Part shown: piece after piece, positions 36,565 through 50,049 of the stretch
Layout of the letters: each line of letters opens with the position of its first letter
Position numbering within the stretch: the stretch's first letter is position 1
NCBI RefSeq assembly: GCF_004010195.1
Contig: NC_057718.1
Coordinates: 79,664,514-79,728,513, forward strand
Direction: 5' to 3'
DNA: 64,000 bases
Source of the DNA: Chiloscyllium plagiosum
Lineage: Eukaryota
Notes under the pieces: model-generated
What the model saw: the letters and a program-made list of their open reading frames with translations, nothing else
Told to the model about the DNA's origin: nothing
The model's database searches: none
Made by a program: the position numbers and the translations under genes

Positions 36565-38158
36565 TGGACGGTCCTTGACTCTGATTCAGCTCCCTCAGTA
36601 CCAACTCACAGATTTGATTTGATTCATTCCTGTCATATGAGCAGAGGTATAATGAAAAGAATTGTCTTATGTGCTTAACAACCAGATCCTACTATATAAG
36701 TGCATCAGGGTAACAGAACAGAGTGCAGGATACAGTGATACAGCTACCAAGAAGGTGCAGAGACAGATCAACATTAACAGGATGTATGACCCTGCTGTGT
36801 TTTTTATTTCCTTTGTGTGTGCAGGTGTAAGATACAGTGAATGAACAATGAGTGCATAAAACTTTATTCATTTTCCTCCACCAGGAAGAAAGGAGACAAG
36901 CCAGTGACAAGTAGTGCCCTTCTAAAGGGCTACCCTGCTGTATTTATTTTTTTATTTTATTAAACAGTACAAGTTACAAGCAAATAGTTAACGATGAACA
37001 GCAGTTTATAAAGACAGCAAATTACAGGGGAAAGGGGTGGCAAGGCCAGACTTTCAAACCCCACCGTAAAACCCAGTTCACAGGGAAAAGAGGATGAACT
37101 TCAAATCCCATCTTCTCACATCAAAAAGGAAACAGTAGAAGCAATCACATACAGACAGTCCGATAAACCCAACAATAAAACAGTGCATATATCACAGGCA
37201 CCCCTGGCAACCCAGCAAACCACCCATTCTTCCCACCTTCCGGCCACTGAAGGCAGCCCACCCTACACTCCCTCCAGCTCTCAGTCCACCCTGACACACC
37301 TTCCAGCCATCTCTAGGACAACCCGTCCTGTTCCACTTGCAGGCAGAGTCCACTCCAGGATGCAGAGTCCACTCCAGGATTCAGCAAATGCTCACCTGCC
37401 AGTACACATAGGTATTCAGTCTTTACAGAGGCCTACCCTACCCACAGAGAGCCATGCCTACCCACAGAGGAACAGTTCATCTGGAAAGGTGCAGTATTTC
37501 ACAGGGGCTCAGTCCAACACCAAAACAGTGAAGATGCATGCAAAAAGAAAACAAGAATGTAAGGGCTAAGCCCTGCTGCAAAATCAACATAATCCTTTTC
37601 TCAAAGTAAAATATAAAAGAGTAACACACAGGCTGTAACCAACCAGTGAAATAACAGTTCCATAAGGAGAACTGAAATATACCTGTGAGAAATCAGGTTC
37701 TCCCAAACACAGAAACCAACAGCAGCAGTACACACTAGATGTGGGCAGCCAGCTCAGAGTCAGTTCCCTGACACAGATGGACATTCCTTGACTCTGATCC
37801 AGCTCCCTCAGTACCAGCTCACAGATTTGATTTGATTTAGTACTGTCACATATGCGGAGGTACAGTGAAAAGTATTGTCTTACGTGCTTAACAGACAGAT
37901 CCTACTATGTAAGTGCATCAGGGTAACAGAACAGAGTGCAGGATACAGTGATACAGTATCAAGAAGGTGCAGAGAGAGATCAACATTAACAGGATGCATG
38001 ACCTGCTTTTTTTTATTATTTCTTTTGTGTGTGCACGTCTAAGGCACAGTGAATGAACAGCGAGTGCATAAAACTTTATTCATGTTTCACCACCAGGAAG
38101 AAAGGAAACAAGCCAGTGACAAGCAGTGCCCTTTTAAAGGGCAATGCTACCCTGCTGT
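36565..38158 (+). repeat. Diverged ~380-bp direct repeat (36565-36941 and 37778-38158) flanking an ~835-bp insert
   Basis: Both copies share tccttgactctgat.cagctccctcagtacca ... gtgcatcagggtaacagaacagagtgcaggatacagtgatacag ... ctaccctgctgt. The insert begins with a T-rich tract. Confidence 0.9.
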
Positions 38159-38244
38159 TTTTCCCTGTCAGCCAGGGCTCTCAGATTGGACAGTCCCTAC
38201 TAGGGAACTCATATCCTATGCTGTCCACCTGGCCGACCTAGTTT

Positions 38245-38873
38245 GACGATGCTGCCCCTTTACCAAGATTATGTTGTCCTTGGCTTTTTTCAAGAGGAGT
38301 TGTAAAGTCAGTGGTGCCGAAATAGCTGACAGAAACTGCCTTAGTCAACAATCAGAGGAGGCCTTTAGGTTTTTGTTTTAATCAGTTGTACAGTGAAAGG
38401 GGAGTGCCAAGTTCTCCCTGTTCAGGTTTTTTCCAGTTTGGTTTAGTTTTAGCAAGGAATTGAAAACTGCTGGAGAGCTAGAGAAGCAACTACAGTGAAA
38501 AGAGGTTCCATGCTTCAACAGCGGTCTTCTCTGGACTTTCTCTCTGAAATCTCTCCAGCCTGCAAGAACCTGCATTTGAATATATCTTTTGCCAAGGGGT
38601 ACATTTATGCAATGTTTCAGGAATTGGAACAGCTTTGTTAAGTTGCGGCAGAGTCGGCTGGATTTTCAAATAAGCTATTCTAAATTCTGTTTTGTTTTGT
38701 TCATGTTTCAACTATAATGTGTCAATAATTTCTGGTCTGCTTGAAACCGAGTGATTTGACCTGCTGCATCACTCCTGGAATATCCACTGTAAATCTGTCT
38801 TTACAAAACTAAAGGTTAGGGCCTGGGCTACCTTCTTAAAATATTTTGAGGGGATCTGGTCTGGTCCGTAACA
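38245..38873 (+). mobile_element. Solo-LTR-like insertion
   Basis: TG...CA ends (tgacgatg...ccgtaaca), bounded by the similar sequences cctagtt and cctcgtt. Confidence 0.45.
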
Positions 38874-39451
38874 CCTCGTTACGATCACTACAGCCTGGAG
38901 TTGGGCTTTAGGCCTGTTGGGACACATATATTTTTATGAGACTTGGAATATGGAGCAGTTTAAATATTACTGGGTTGCAAATTCAAAACAGCAAAGATGA
39001 CTGGCGATCAGCTGCTGTTTACTGGAAAACAAGGATATTTAGAAAACCAATGTCTAGTCAAACTTTTGAAAGTTAACAGATGGATTTATGACCCTTGATT
39101 GCCGGGCATACCGATCTGGTAAAACCCTAGGACTCTTGATGCACATAGTTGCTTCTTTTCTTCCTTATTGTTCCCACCCATGATATCTCTGCACAGCTGT
39201 GTCATCTGGCGCCCGCATGCGTGTGTGTATGTATGTTTAGTATTATGAGGGAATATAGTTTAAGCTTGATTTAAGTTGATAATCCATTTTCCACTTGTGT
39301 AAAGGACATTTATTTTAATAAATGACTTATGTTTATGTTTAATGAAAAAAACCTAGCAAAATTTTTTTTTGTCCTGGATAACAGTAATAACGAGAAACAA
39401 TTTGACCATTTTGGGAATTGAATAAAATAGCATAAAATAAAATAAACTAGC

Positions 39452-39573
39452 AGACAAAAAAACCTGCAGATGCTGGAATCCAAGGTAGACAGGCAGGAGG
39501 CTGAAAGAACACAGCAAGCTGGGCAGCATCAGGAGGTGGAGAAGTCGACATTTCGGGGATAACCCTTCTTCAG
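39452..39573 (-). mobile_element. PLE terminus (family D) with a near-intact hammerhead at its 5' boundary
   Basis: Reverse complement of 36020-36139. The minus strand reads cCTGAAGAagggttatccccGAAAtGTCga. Confidence 0.8.
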
Positions 39574-39777
39574 GGCATGTTTCCCAGTGTACTCTTCCCA
39601 TCAGCTCGTGACAGACCTTATACAATGATTAAGGTGCGTGTACTTGATGTGCCTGTGGAGACATTTCATGCATGAATATCTCACAGTTTGCCTTGCTGGC
39701 AGTGAGCCAAAAGTCCTGGGAAAAGAGTGGAGTATCACTAGATGAGGACTGATCGTGAGTATTGCAACATCAAAAGA

Positions 39778-39899
39778 TTTATTTGGAAGCACTAGCTTTC
39801 AGATCGGTGCTTCCAAATAAACCTGTTGGACTATAACCTGGGGTTGTGTGATTTTTAACTTTGTACATACCAGTCCAACACTGGTACCTCCAAATCATG
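39778..39899 (+). mobile_element. PLE-derived mini hairpin (family A)
   Basis: The 12-bp TSD aacatcaaaaga lies at 39766-39777 and 39900-39911. Short arms tttatttggaagcac/gtgcttccaaataaa; the rest matches 10195-10272. Confidence 0.85.
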
Positions 39900-41769
39900 A
39901 ACATCAAAAGAACACTCCTGCTCCTTCTAATCCAAAGTAATGATCAATAAAGTAACAGAACCAGTCACACAGCACAGAAGTGGCCCTTTAGCTCATCAAG
40001 TTTGCTAGCTACAGACTATCTCCAGTAATCCCACTTTCCAGCTATTGTTCCATAGTCTTGAAAGTTATGAAATTTCAAAGTAAATGGTTAGTCATTTTTA
40101 AAAAAAACTTGCATTTTGAAGATGGTAACATGGGCTAAAGAGAAGCAGGCCTAATTACTTTTGGCGAGGGGGTTAAAACTAGTATTGGGTCATTCTTCAC
40201 AAAGAAGTACTGCCCTACTGGCTATTTTATGCAGCTTTAAAATAGAATGCTGAAAAAGCTCACCAACAGATGTTACACTGGATGTTATCCTCAAAATAGA
40301 AAATATTATTCTTCCTCATTTAATTTCTGCAAGAATAATGACACTTTATCTAAACTGTACATCACTGACCAGGCTATTGCTAAGCAATTATTGTTTGATA
40401 GGGCTATTGACGATTCCTGCTGTCACTTTGTTATTGATCAAAAGTAGACTGATACTGTGGTAATTGGGTGGCTTGGATTCACCTTTTTTTCTGGACAGTA
40501 AATGCCTAAGCAATATTCGGCATTTCTATTGAGGTCAGTGTTGTTGCTACCCTGGAATAGCTTGACCAGGGACATGGATATTTCTGGAACACATCTTCTG
40601 TACTATAGCCAGAATATTATCAAAGCACATAGTCTTTGCAGTGCTGTGCCTTCAGCTATTTATTGCTATCACACAGAATCAATTGCATTGACTTGAAGAC
40701 TTGTACTTGTGATGCTGGAAACCTCAGGAGGAGGTTGAGATAGATTATTCACTTTGCATTTTATTTGCTGACCACAAACTTCTATTATTGGACCCTACAT
40801 TGGCTGATATTGTCATTATTTCCTTCTCCTCAGATACTTCCTCCATTCTCTTCTGTGAAGAGTATTTACTTACTTCAGTTTTAAAAAGTGCACAGAATGT
40901 CATTTTGTATCTACTCCAGTTGTAATGATCCTATGTCCTTAAGAATACAGAGGTGTACATATAGCGGTACATGTAGCATATAGTACATCTCTATGAAAAA
41001 TGGTAAAAGTAACACTTAGCTATCTTCGAGTAGTATTTATAGGTTTATCCAATTACTTCTATTTCATTGCTGTTTTATGACTTAAATTGAAACTGCAAGA
41101 CATGTTTTTCCTGAATCAATAAGTTCTTTAAATTATAGATTTTGTGCAGATTGGAAATACAGTAGGTTCTTCCTTGTTAATTAAAAGTGTGTTGCTTTTG
41201 GCAGTACTTAAAATAACTCAATTTGCAGGAAAAGTAAAATATTGCAAATGGAGATTTGGAAGTCCCCAATCACCTAATGGACAAAGACACTGCCTGTTGT
41301 AATTCAAAGCCATATAGTTCAGAAGGCTCTAAACTCATTTAATATGTGAAGTAATTGACTTCAGCCATTTGATTTGTTAAAATTGGCCGCTGTACCTTTG
41401 GTTTAAGAAGATTAATTAAGATTAGTCCTGCTTTCCACTCTTCTTTTGCTTCCCAGTTTTCAGTGCTGGGAAGAATGCATTTTGAGATGTTCTATAGCAC
41501 CGAATAAAGAATAACAGTAACTCTTATATAATATCATTTTCATAATGACCATTACAAGGAGTTTGAAATAAAAACACAAAGTGCTGGAGAAACTCAGCAG
41601 GTTTGAAAGTATTTGTGCAGAGAATAGAGAGAAAAAAATGTTAATGTTTCCAGTCTAGCGTGACGTTCCAAAAAAATGTTTGTCCAGCACTTCCTCTTCT
41701 TATTACGAATTTCCAGCATCTACAATATTTTTATTCCAAGACGTTTCACAGGAGTGTCATCAAACATAT

Positions 41770-42075
41770 GGGCGGCACGGTGGCACAGTGGTTAGCACTG
41801 CTGCCTCACGGCATCAGAGACCCAGGTTCAATTCCAGCCTGAGGTAACTATCTGTGTGAAGTTTGCACATTCTCCCTGTGTCTGTGTGGGTTTCCTCCGG
41901 GTGCTCCGGTTTCCTCCCACAGTCCAAAAAAAATGTGCAGGTTAGGTGAATTGGCCATGCTAAATTGCCTGTAGTAGTATTGGGTCTGGGTGGCTTGCTC
42001 TTCGGAGGTTTGGTGTGGACTTGTTGGGCCGAAGGGCCTGTTCCCACACTGTAAGTAATCTAATCTAATCTAATC
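41770..42075 (+). mobile_element. Full-length HE1-like V-SINE with a (TAATC)n tail
   Basis: A/B boxes, V-domain, and the tail taatctaatctaatctaatc. atcaaaca occurs on both sides. Confidence 0.92.
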
Positions 42076-42506
42076 AAACAATACTGGATGTCAAACCACA
42101 CATGTTTGGGCTGAAGACAAAATCAGCAAGAGGAGGACAGAGGAGGAGGAATTTAGGGAGACAAGTCTAAATTTTGAAGCGTATGCAGCTGAAAACATAC
42201 CCAGCAAGGATATAATGTTTGAAATTGGGGATGCACAAGAGATCAGAATTGGAGGAGTGCAGAGTTCTCAAAGGTTTGCAGGGCCTGAGATGGTTGGCAA
42301 AAGGTGGGACAAAGCCATGAAGAGATTTGAGAATAAAGATGAGTATTTTAAAATTAAAGTTTTGCCAAACTGTAAGCTAATACAGCACGGTGAGCACAGC
42401 GGTGACTTTGTGCAAGTTGCAATACAGGTAGCAGTAGTGTTGAAAATGAAAGGTTGGCCAGGAGAACATTGGAATAATAAAGTCTGGAGGTAAACAAGAA
42501 ATGAAG

Positions 42507-43247
42507 GGGCGGCATGGTGGCTCAGTGGTTAGCACTGCGCCCCACAGTGCCAGGGACCCGAGTTCGATGACCTGCCTTGAGTGACTGTCTGTGTGGAGTT
42601 TGCACATTCTCCCTTGTCTGCGTTGGTTTCCTCCAGGTGCTCTGGTTTCCTCCCACTATCCAAACTTGTGCTGGTCAGGTGAATTGGCCATGCTATTTTG
42701 GCCATAGTGTTAGGTGCATTAGTCAGGGATATATATAGGGTAGGGTTACTCTTTGGAGGGTCAGTGTGGACTTAGATTCATAGAGATGTACAGCATGGAA
42801 ACAGACCCTTCAGTCCAACCCATCCATGCCGACCAGATATCCCAACCCAATCTAGTCCCACATGCCAGCACCCGGCCCATATCCCTCCAAACCCTTCCTA
42901 TTCATATACCCATCCAAGTGCCTCTTAAATGTTGCAATTGTACCAGCCTCCACCACATCCCCCTTACGTCTCTTTTATATCTTTCCCCTCTCACCCTAAA
43001 CCTATGCCCTCTAGTTTCTGGACTCCACAACCCCAGGGAAAAGACTTTGTCTATTTATCCTATCCATGCCCCTCATAATTTTGTAAACCTCTATAAGGTC
43101 ACCCCTCAGCCTCCGACGCTCGAGGGAAAACAGCCCCAGCCTGTTCAGCCTCTCCCTGTAGCTCAGATCCTCCAACCCTGGCAACATCCTTGTAAATCTT
43201 TTCTGAGGGCCTAAGGGCTGTTTCCATACTGTAGGGAATCTAATCTT
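42507..43247 (+). mobile_element. HE1-like V-SINE interrupted by an inverted CR1 3' end (42774-43206)
   Basis: The SINE head and V-domain run to gtggactt. The insert is the reverse complement of a CR1 tail like 52325-52595. The SINE tail resumes at gggcctaagggctgtttcc. Confidence 0.88.
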
Positions 43248-43249
43248 TA

Positions 43250-44110
43250 AAAAAAGATTGTTTCAGCGGCAAATGAGGTAAGACATCTGATAATGCTCCT
43301 GAGGTGGAAGTGAGTTAACTTAATGATGTAATTAATAGATGGTCAGAAGTTAATCACGCAGTGCAGTACAATATCCAGATTGGAAAAAAAGTCAGATTCA
43401 GCCTCAGATCATTGCCTGAAAGAGGACCGCGGATGCGAGCTCGCAAACAAAATTGTGACAGAGACAATCTGGCTTAATATTTTCCCAATATCTAGTTGGA
43501 GGAAATTTCTCTCTGTCCATTATTGGAGGACAAACAAACAAAATGGTAAGTCTGGTGTCATCAGTGCACATGTGGAACTTGACTTTGTGTTTTTGAATTA
43601 TGTCAGCAGTGAAGGGCAGCTTGTAGATGAAAAATAGGAGAGGGCCAAGGATAGATCTCTGGGGAAATTCCAGAGCAACTAATGCTGATGCTGAAGGAAA
43701 AGCCTTTGCAGTTGGGGGCAGTACCCTCAAGTTTGAACAATGAAGGAGAGGTGATGGAGGACAATGGTGTGGCCAACTGTGTCAAAGGCTGAGACAATTT
43801 GAGAAGGTTGTGAAAGGATAATTTACCATAGCAAATTATCAACATCATCACGAGACATCATTTGTGACTTTGACATGGATTTGTTTGCCATCATGGAAGA
43901 GCCAAAATCCTGTATGGATGGAATTGTGGAAAGACAAACAAAGATTAGGAAAGGTAACTTTGTTCAAGATTTTTGTAGGAAGGAGCGGTCAGAGTTGGAG
44001 CATGGAAAGTGGGGTTAAGGGTTAGTTCTTGTGAAGAAGAGTGATCTGGCACATTTGAAGAGAATGGAGAAAGTATCTGAAGAGAAGGAAATAGTGACAA
44101 TATCAGCCAA
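43250..44110 (-). mobile_element. L2-like LINE RT remnant (continues at ~42085-42500)
   Basis: ORF 43404-43730 contains FPQRSILGPLLFFIY...FHMCTDDT. Confidence 0.7.
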
Positions 44111-44149
44111 GAATGGAAGTTTGTGGTCAGCACATAAAGTGCCAAGTGG

Positions 44150-45515
44150 ATAATCTATCATAGCCTCTCCCTGAAGTCTCCAGCATCACAGGTGCAAGTC
44201 TTTAAGGCAATACAATTCACTCTGTGTGATATCAACAACTAGCTGAAGGCACAGGATAATGCAAAGCATATGCACCCTGATAACATTCTGGCCATAATAC
44301 TGAAGATGTGCTCTAGAACTATCCATGAACCTGGCCAAACTGTTCCTCCATAACAACAAGTGACATCAGCCCAGAAATGTGGAAAATTTCCCAGGTATGT
44401 GCTGTCAACAACAAAAAAAAGGTGAATCCAAGCCACCACAGTATCAGTCTACTTTCAGTCAATAACAAAATGACAGTAGGAATCATCAATGGTGCTATCA
44501 AACAATAATTGCTTAGCAATAGCCTGGTCACTGATGTAAAGTTTGGGTTCTGCCAGATCCCAAAGTTTGGGTTCTGACCTCATTACAGCCTTGATTCAAG
44601 CCTGGACAAACTAAGATAAATTAGTGAGGTGGGAGTGACTGCCCTGACACCAGGACACCATATGACCAAGTGTAAAATCAAGGAACACTATCAAAACTAC
44701 AGTCAATGGGTTCAGTACTATTCTCCATTGATATGATATTGAAACAGACCAGTGGCAAATAACTTCTGTGTTACACATATGCCAGACAGTTATCACCTCC
44801 AACAAGAGAAAGTCTAATCATATCCCAATTGACAATCAATGGCAATGTCATCACTGAATTCTCCACTATCAATATCCTGGGGGCTACCATTGACCAGACA
44901 TTGAACTGGACCAGCCATATAAATACAGTGGCTACAATAACAGGTCAAAGGCTGGAAATTCTGCAGCAAATAACTCATTACCTGCCTCCTTTAAGCCTGT
45001 CTACCATCTACAAGGCATAAGTAAGGTGTGTGATGGAATACTGTCACTTGCCTGGATAAGTGCAGCTCTAACAACAGTCAAATTGCTTAACATATCTAGG
45101 TCAAAGCAACTCACTTTGAACCGCATCCACCAAATTAACCATTCAGTTCTTCCATTTCCAACTTACAGTTGAAGGACAGAGTGCCATCTACAAGATGCAC
45201 TGCAGTAACTCACAAAGGGTCCTTTGATAGCACCTTCCAAACACATGGTATTCCTATGCATCTCTTGCTCTTGTCCTTCTCAGTGATAGAGACAATCACC
45301 TGCAAGTTCCCCTCCAAACCACAAATCAGTCTGACTTGGAAATATATTGCTGTTCCTGAGTAAAAATCCTGGAACTCTCTTCCAAACAGCACTGTGTAAC
45401 CACCCACCATGGACTTCAGTGCTTCAAGAAGGCGGCTCACCACCATCTACTCCAGGATAGTTTGAGTTGAGGGCAATAAATACAGGTCTGACCAGTGATG
45501 CTCAAATCCTGTAAA
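44150..45515 (+). mobile_element. Decayed non-LTR retrotransposon RT plus 3' tail (CR1/L2 group)
   Basis: ORF 44829-45020 reads TINILGATIDQTLNWTSHINTVA...LSTIYKA. Tail gggcaataaatacaggtctgaccagtgatgc. Confidence 0.72.
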
Positions 45516-46355
45516 AGAATATTTGTTTATAAATTACAAGGAAAGATGTTATCATCTCTCAACTAGGATTCTGTCAAGACCACAATATCAATATAATCAT
45601 CCAAAATAAGTTCATGAATGGCAAAGACATTGTTCATAAGTGAACAGATTGTATTATATGAGAGGAAGAGAAGGGGAGTGTGGTGGAATTGGTTGGAACT
45701 CCAGTTGTGAAAAGGGAACTGGAGGGAGTTTTACTCACTGTATTCATTCTAGAGAGTTCTTGGGATTCTCCTAGATTTCCTGCAATTGTTGTGCTTTCGG
45801 CTTCAAGGGAGTCTTAACATCTGACAATTAGGATGAGTTGTACTTCGGGTCTGGTAAAGGTTCGAATCGTAACCACACGGATCAATTACCTTAAGCATCT
45901 TACTGTGTCCAAGGTGCTACATAAACACAAGCTGTAAAATAATTGCACTGAGTTCTCTTTGGAAGTCAAAGACAAATGTACTTCATTAAAACAACAGCTC
46001 AAGCGGGACCTCTGCATCCTCCAGTGCAGCAGCTGTGGGCTGTTCACTTGTGATCAGAAGCTGATTAATTAGAGTCCATCCTCTTTGGAGTTTAGAAGAT
46101 TGAGAGGTAATCCTGTTAAAATGGAAGATATTCTGAAGGGATTTTTATAGGCAGACACTGAGAGATTGTTTTCCCTAACTGAGGAATATAGAAAATAGAG
46201 GCACTATCTCAATTAAGAGATCATCTTAATGATCTAGAGGCACTATCTCATTATTTAGGAGTAAGATGAGGAGAAATGTGAACCTTTGGAATTCGCCATC
46301 TTACAAGATTGTGGATGTCCAATTTTGAGTCCATTTATAGCTGAGATTTAAATAT

Positions 46356-49300
46356 GGGCACAGATCTCTGCCACAGAGTCTGTCCCTGTTGCTCAGAAGG
46401 GAAGAGCGAAGGGGAGCAGAGCATTAGTCATTAGGGACTCCATAGTTAGGGGAACAGATAGGAGGTTCTGTGGGAATGAGAGAGACTCATGATTGGTGTG
46501 ATACCTCCCAGGTGCCAGGGTTCGTGATGTCACTGATCGTGATTTCAGGATCCTTGAGGGGGAGGGGGAACAGCCCCAAGTCATGGTACATATAGGCACC
46601 AACAATATAATTGGAAGAGAGATGAGGACTTAAAGCAGAAATTCAGGGAGCTAGGGTGGAAGCTTAGAGCCAGAACAAACAGAGTTGTTATCTCTGGTTT
46701 GTTGCCCTTGCCACATGCTAGCGAAATGAGGAATAGAACATGTGGCTACGGGGATGGTGCAAGAGGGAAGATTTTGGATTCCTGAATAATTGGGGCTTTC
46801 TCTGGGGTAAGTGGGACCTCTACAAACAGGATAGTCTTTACATGAACTAGAGGGGTACCAATATTCTGGGGTGGGAGATTTGCTAATGCTCTTCAGATGG
46901 ATTTAAACTAATTCAGCAGGGAGATGAGAACCAACATTATAGTTCGAGTATACGGGAGGATGAGAGTAATGAAGTCAGAACTAAGATTTCAAGATCGCAA
47001 GAAGACACCAGCAGGCAAAATGTTGGTCTGAAGTGTGTCTACTTCAGCACCAGGAGCATCCGGAATAAGGTGGGTGAACTGGCAGCACGGGTTGATACCT
47101 GGGATTTTGATGTTGTCGCCAGTTCAGAGACATGGGTAGAGCAAGGATAGGAATGGTTACTGCAGGTTCCGGGATTTAGATGTTTCAGTAAGAACAGAGA
47201 AAATGGTAAAAGAGGGGGGGTGGTGTGGCAGTGTTCATCAAGGACAGTATTATGGTAGCAGAAAAGACGTTTGAGGACTCCTCTACTGTGGTAGTATGAG
47301 CTGAGTTAAGGAACACAAATAGTTCCAAAGATGCAGAGGATAGGATAGCAAAGATGATCCTCAATAGGAGCGAGGGTGACAGAGTAGTTATTATGGGGGA
47401 TTTTAACTTTCCAAATATTGACTGGAAATACTATAGTTCAAGTACTTTAGATGGGTCAGTTTTTATCCAACGTGTGCAGGATGAGTTCCTGACACAGTAT
47501 GTAGATAGGCCAACAAGAGACAAGGCTATACTGGATTTTGCCATGGGTGATGAACCTGGCCAGGTGTTAGATTTGGAGGGAGATGAGCAGTTTGGTGATA
47601 GTGACCACAATTTGGTTATGTTGAGTTTAGTGATAGAAAGGTATAGGCATACACCACAAGGCAAGAGTTATATCTGGGGGAAAGGCAATTACGATGCAAA
47701 TAGGATGCATAGGAAAGGGAAGGATACTGCAAGGGTGGGCACAATTGAAATATGGAGATTATTCAAGAACAGCTACTGCAGGTCCTTGATAAGTATGCAT
47801 CAGTCAGGCAGGGAAGAATTTGTTGAGCACGGGAGCCGTGGTTTACGAAGGGAGTTGAATCTCTCTTCAAGAGGAAGAAGGTGGCTTATGTTAGGACGAG
47901 ATATGATGGCTCAGTTAAGCGCTTGAGAGTTACAGGTTGGCCAGGAAAGACCTAATGAGAGAGCTAAGAAGAGCCAGGAGGGGACATGATAAGTCATTGG
48001 CAAATAGGGTCAAGAAAAACCCTAAGGCTTTCTATAGCTATATCAGGAATAAAAGAATGACTAGAATAATATTAGGGCCAATCAAGATTAGTAGTGGGAA
48101 GTTGTGCATGGAGTCAGAGGAGATAGGGAAGCACTAAATGAATACTTTTCATCAGTGTTCACATTAGAGAAAGGCAATGTGGTCGAGGAGAATACTGAGA
48201 TACAGGCTACTACACTAGATGGGATTGAGGTGCATAAGGAGGAGGTGTTAGCAATTCTGGAAAGTGTAAAAATAGATAAGTCCCATGGGCTGGATGGGAC
48301 TTATCCTAGGATTCTCTAGGAAGCCAGGGAGGAAATTGCCAAGCCTTTGGCTTTTATCTTTATGTCGTCATTGTCTACAGGAATAGTGCCAGAAGACTGG
48401 AGGATAGCAAATGTTCCAGGGGAGTAGAGACAACCCTGGAAATTATAGGCCTGTGAGCTTTACATCGGTTGTGGGTAAATTGTTAGAAGGGATATAGGAT
48501 ATAAGATATAGAATTTATAATCATCTAGAGAGGAATAAGTTGATTAGAGATAGTCAACACGGTTTTGTGAAGTATAGGTCATGCCTCACAAAAGGTGCGA
48601 GAAGGTAACCAAACAGGTGGATGAGGGTAATGCAGTTGATGTCCTGTATATGGATTTCAGTAAAGCATTTGATAACGTTCCTCATGGTAGGCTATTGCAC
48701 AAAATACAGAGGCATGGGATTGAGGGTGATTTAGCAGTTTGGATCAGAAATTGGCAAACTGAAAGAAGACAAAGAGTGGTGGTTCATGGGAAATATTCAT
48801 CCTGTGGTTCAGTTACTAGTGGTGTACTTCAAGGATCTGTATTGAGTCCACGATTGTTAATCATTTAAATAAATGATCTGGATAAGGGCATAGAAAGATA
48901 GGTTAGTAAATTTGTAGATGACACTAAGGTCGGTAGAGTTGTGGATAGTGACGAAGAATGTTGTAGGTTACGGAGAAACATTGATAAGCTGTAGAGCTAG
49001 GCTGAGAGGTAGCAAATGCAGTTTAATGCGGAAAAGTATGAGGTGATTCACTTTAGAAGGAGCAACAGGAATACAGAGTACTGGGCTAATGGTAAGATTC
49101 TTGGCAGAGCAGATGAGCAAAGAGATCACAGTGTCTGGGTACATAGATCCTTGAAAGTTGGCACCCAGGTTGATAGGGTTGTAAGAAGGCAGACAGCGTG
49201 TTAGCTTTTAGTGGTAGAGGGATTGAGTTTCGGAACTATGAGATCATGCTGCAGTTTACAAAACTCTGGCACGGCCACATTTTGGAATATTGCATATAGT

Positions 49301-49795
49301 TCTGGTCACCGCATTATAGGATAAATGTGGAAGCTTTGGAAAGGGTTCAGAGGAAATTTACTAGGATGTTGCCTGGTATGGAGGAAAGGTCTTAAGAGGA
49401 AAAGCTGAGGTACTTGAGGCTATTTTTTGTTAGAGAGAAGGTTAAGAGGTGACTCAATTGAGACATACAAGATAATCAGAGGGTTAGGGTAGACAGTCAG
49501 AGCCTTTATCCTTGATGGCTAGCTTGAGGGGACATAGCTTTAAATTGAGGAGTGATAGATATAGGTCAGATGTCAGAGGTAGTTTCTTTACTCAGAGAGT
49601 AGTCAGAGTGTGGAATGCACTGCCTGCAACGGTAGTAGACTCGCCAACTTTAAGGGCATTTAAATGGTTATTGGATAGGCATATGGACAGGAATGGAATA
49701 GTGTAGGATAGATGGGCTTTAGATTGTTGCGCCAACCTGTGGAACCATTGAGGGCCAATGGGCCTGTACTGTACTGTAATGTTCTATGTTCTATG
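46356..49795 (+). mobile_element. Long CR1 LINE: ORF1 SGNH-esterase remnant, ORF2 AP endonuclease plus RT, 3' UTR (inactivated)
   Basis: ORF1 contains ALVIRDSIVRGTDRRFCG...LPGARVRDV...VHIGTN. ORF2 contains VIMGDFNFPNIDW, SDHN, YMDFSKAFD and FVDDTK. Tail ttctatgttctatg. There are many stops and frameshifts. Confidence 0.95.
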
Positions 49796-50049
49796 AATCA
49801 AGGGATCAGGAAGGAAATGGAATTGAGACAGGAGATCAGCCATGATCATGTTGAATGATGGAGATAACTCAAGCAACCGAATGATCTATAACTGCTTCTA
49901 TTCCTACTTCCCTGTTCTTATGCCAACAGTATGTGGTGGACACCTTTATAATGCCCTTGTATATCCAGGTAAGCTGTCCTTAATAGGAGAAGAATCCCAT
50001 ACTTCAATTCAAAAGAAATTAAAAATTTACACTGTGCCCTTCTCACTAT

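Larger units (their letters stand above)
36508..38891 (-). mobile_element. Probable 5' LTR of the Gypsy element, expanded by nested insertions and a duplication
   Basis: The minus strand starts tgtagtgatcgtaacgagg (38891) and ends ...gttatttca (36508). It is followed by the PBS-like atggtgacaagg and then the gag start. Confidence 0.55.

Noticed and set aside
44538..46255. Small local duplications (aaagtttgggttctg twice at ~44538-44577; tagaggcactatctca twice at ~46196-46250)
   Set aside because: They are ordinary slippage or repair scars inside old LINEs.
46356..49795. Active, intact CR1
   Set aside because: There are multiple stops and frameshifts in both ORFs, and the 5' end is truncated.
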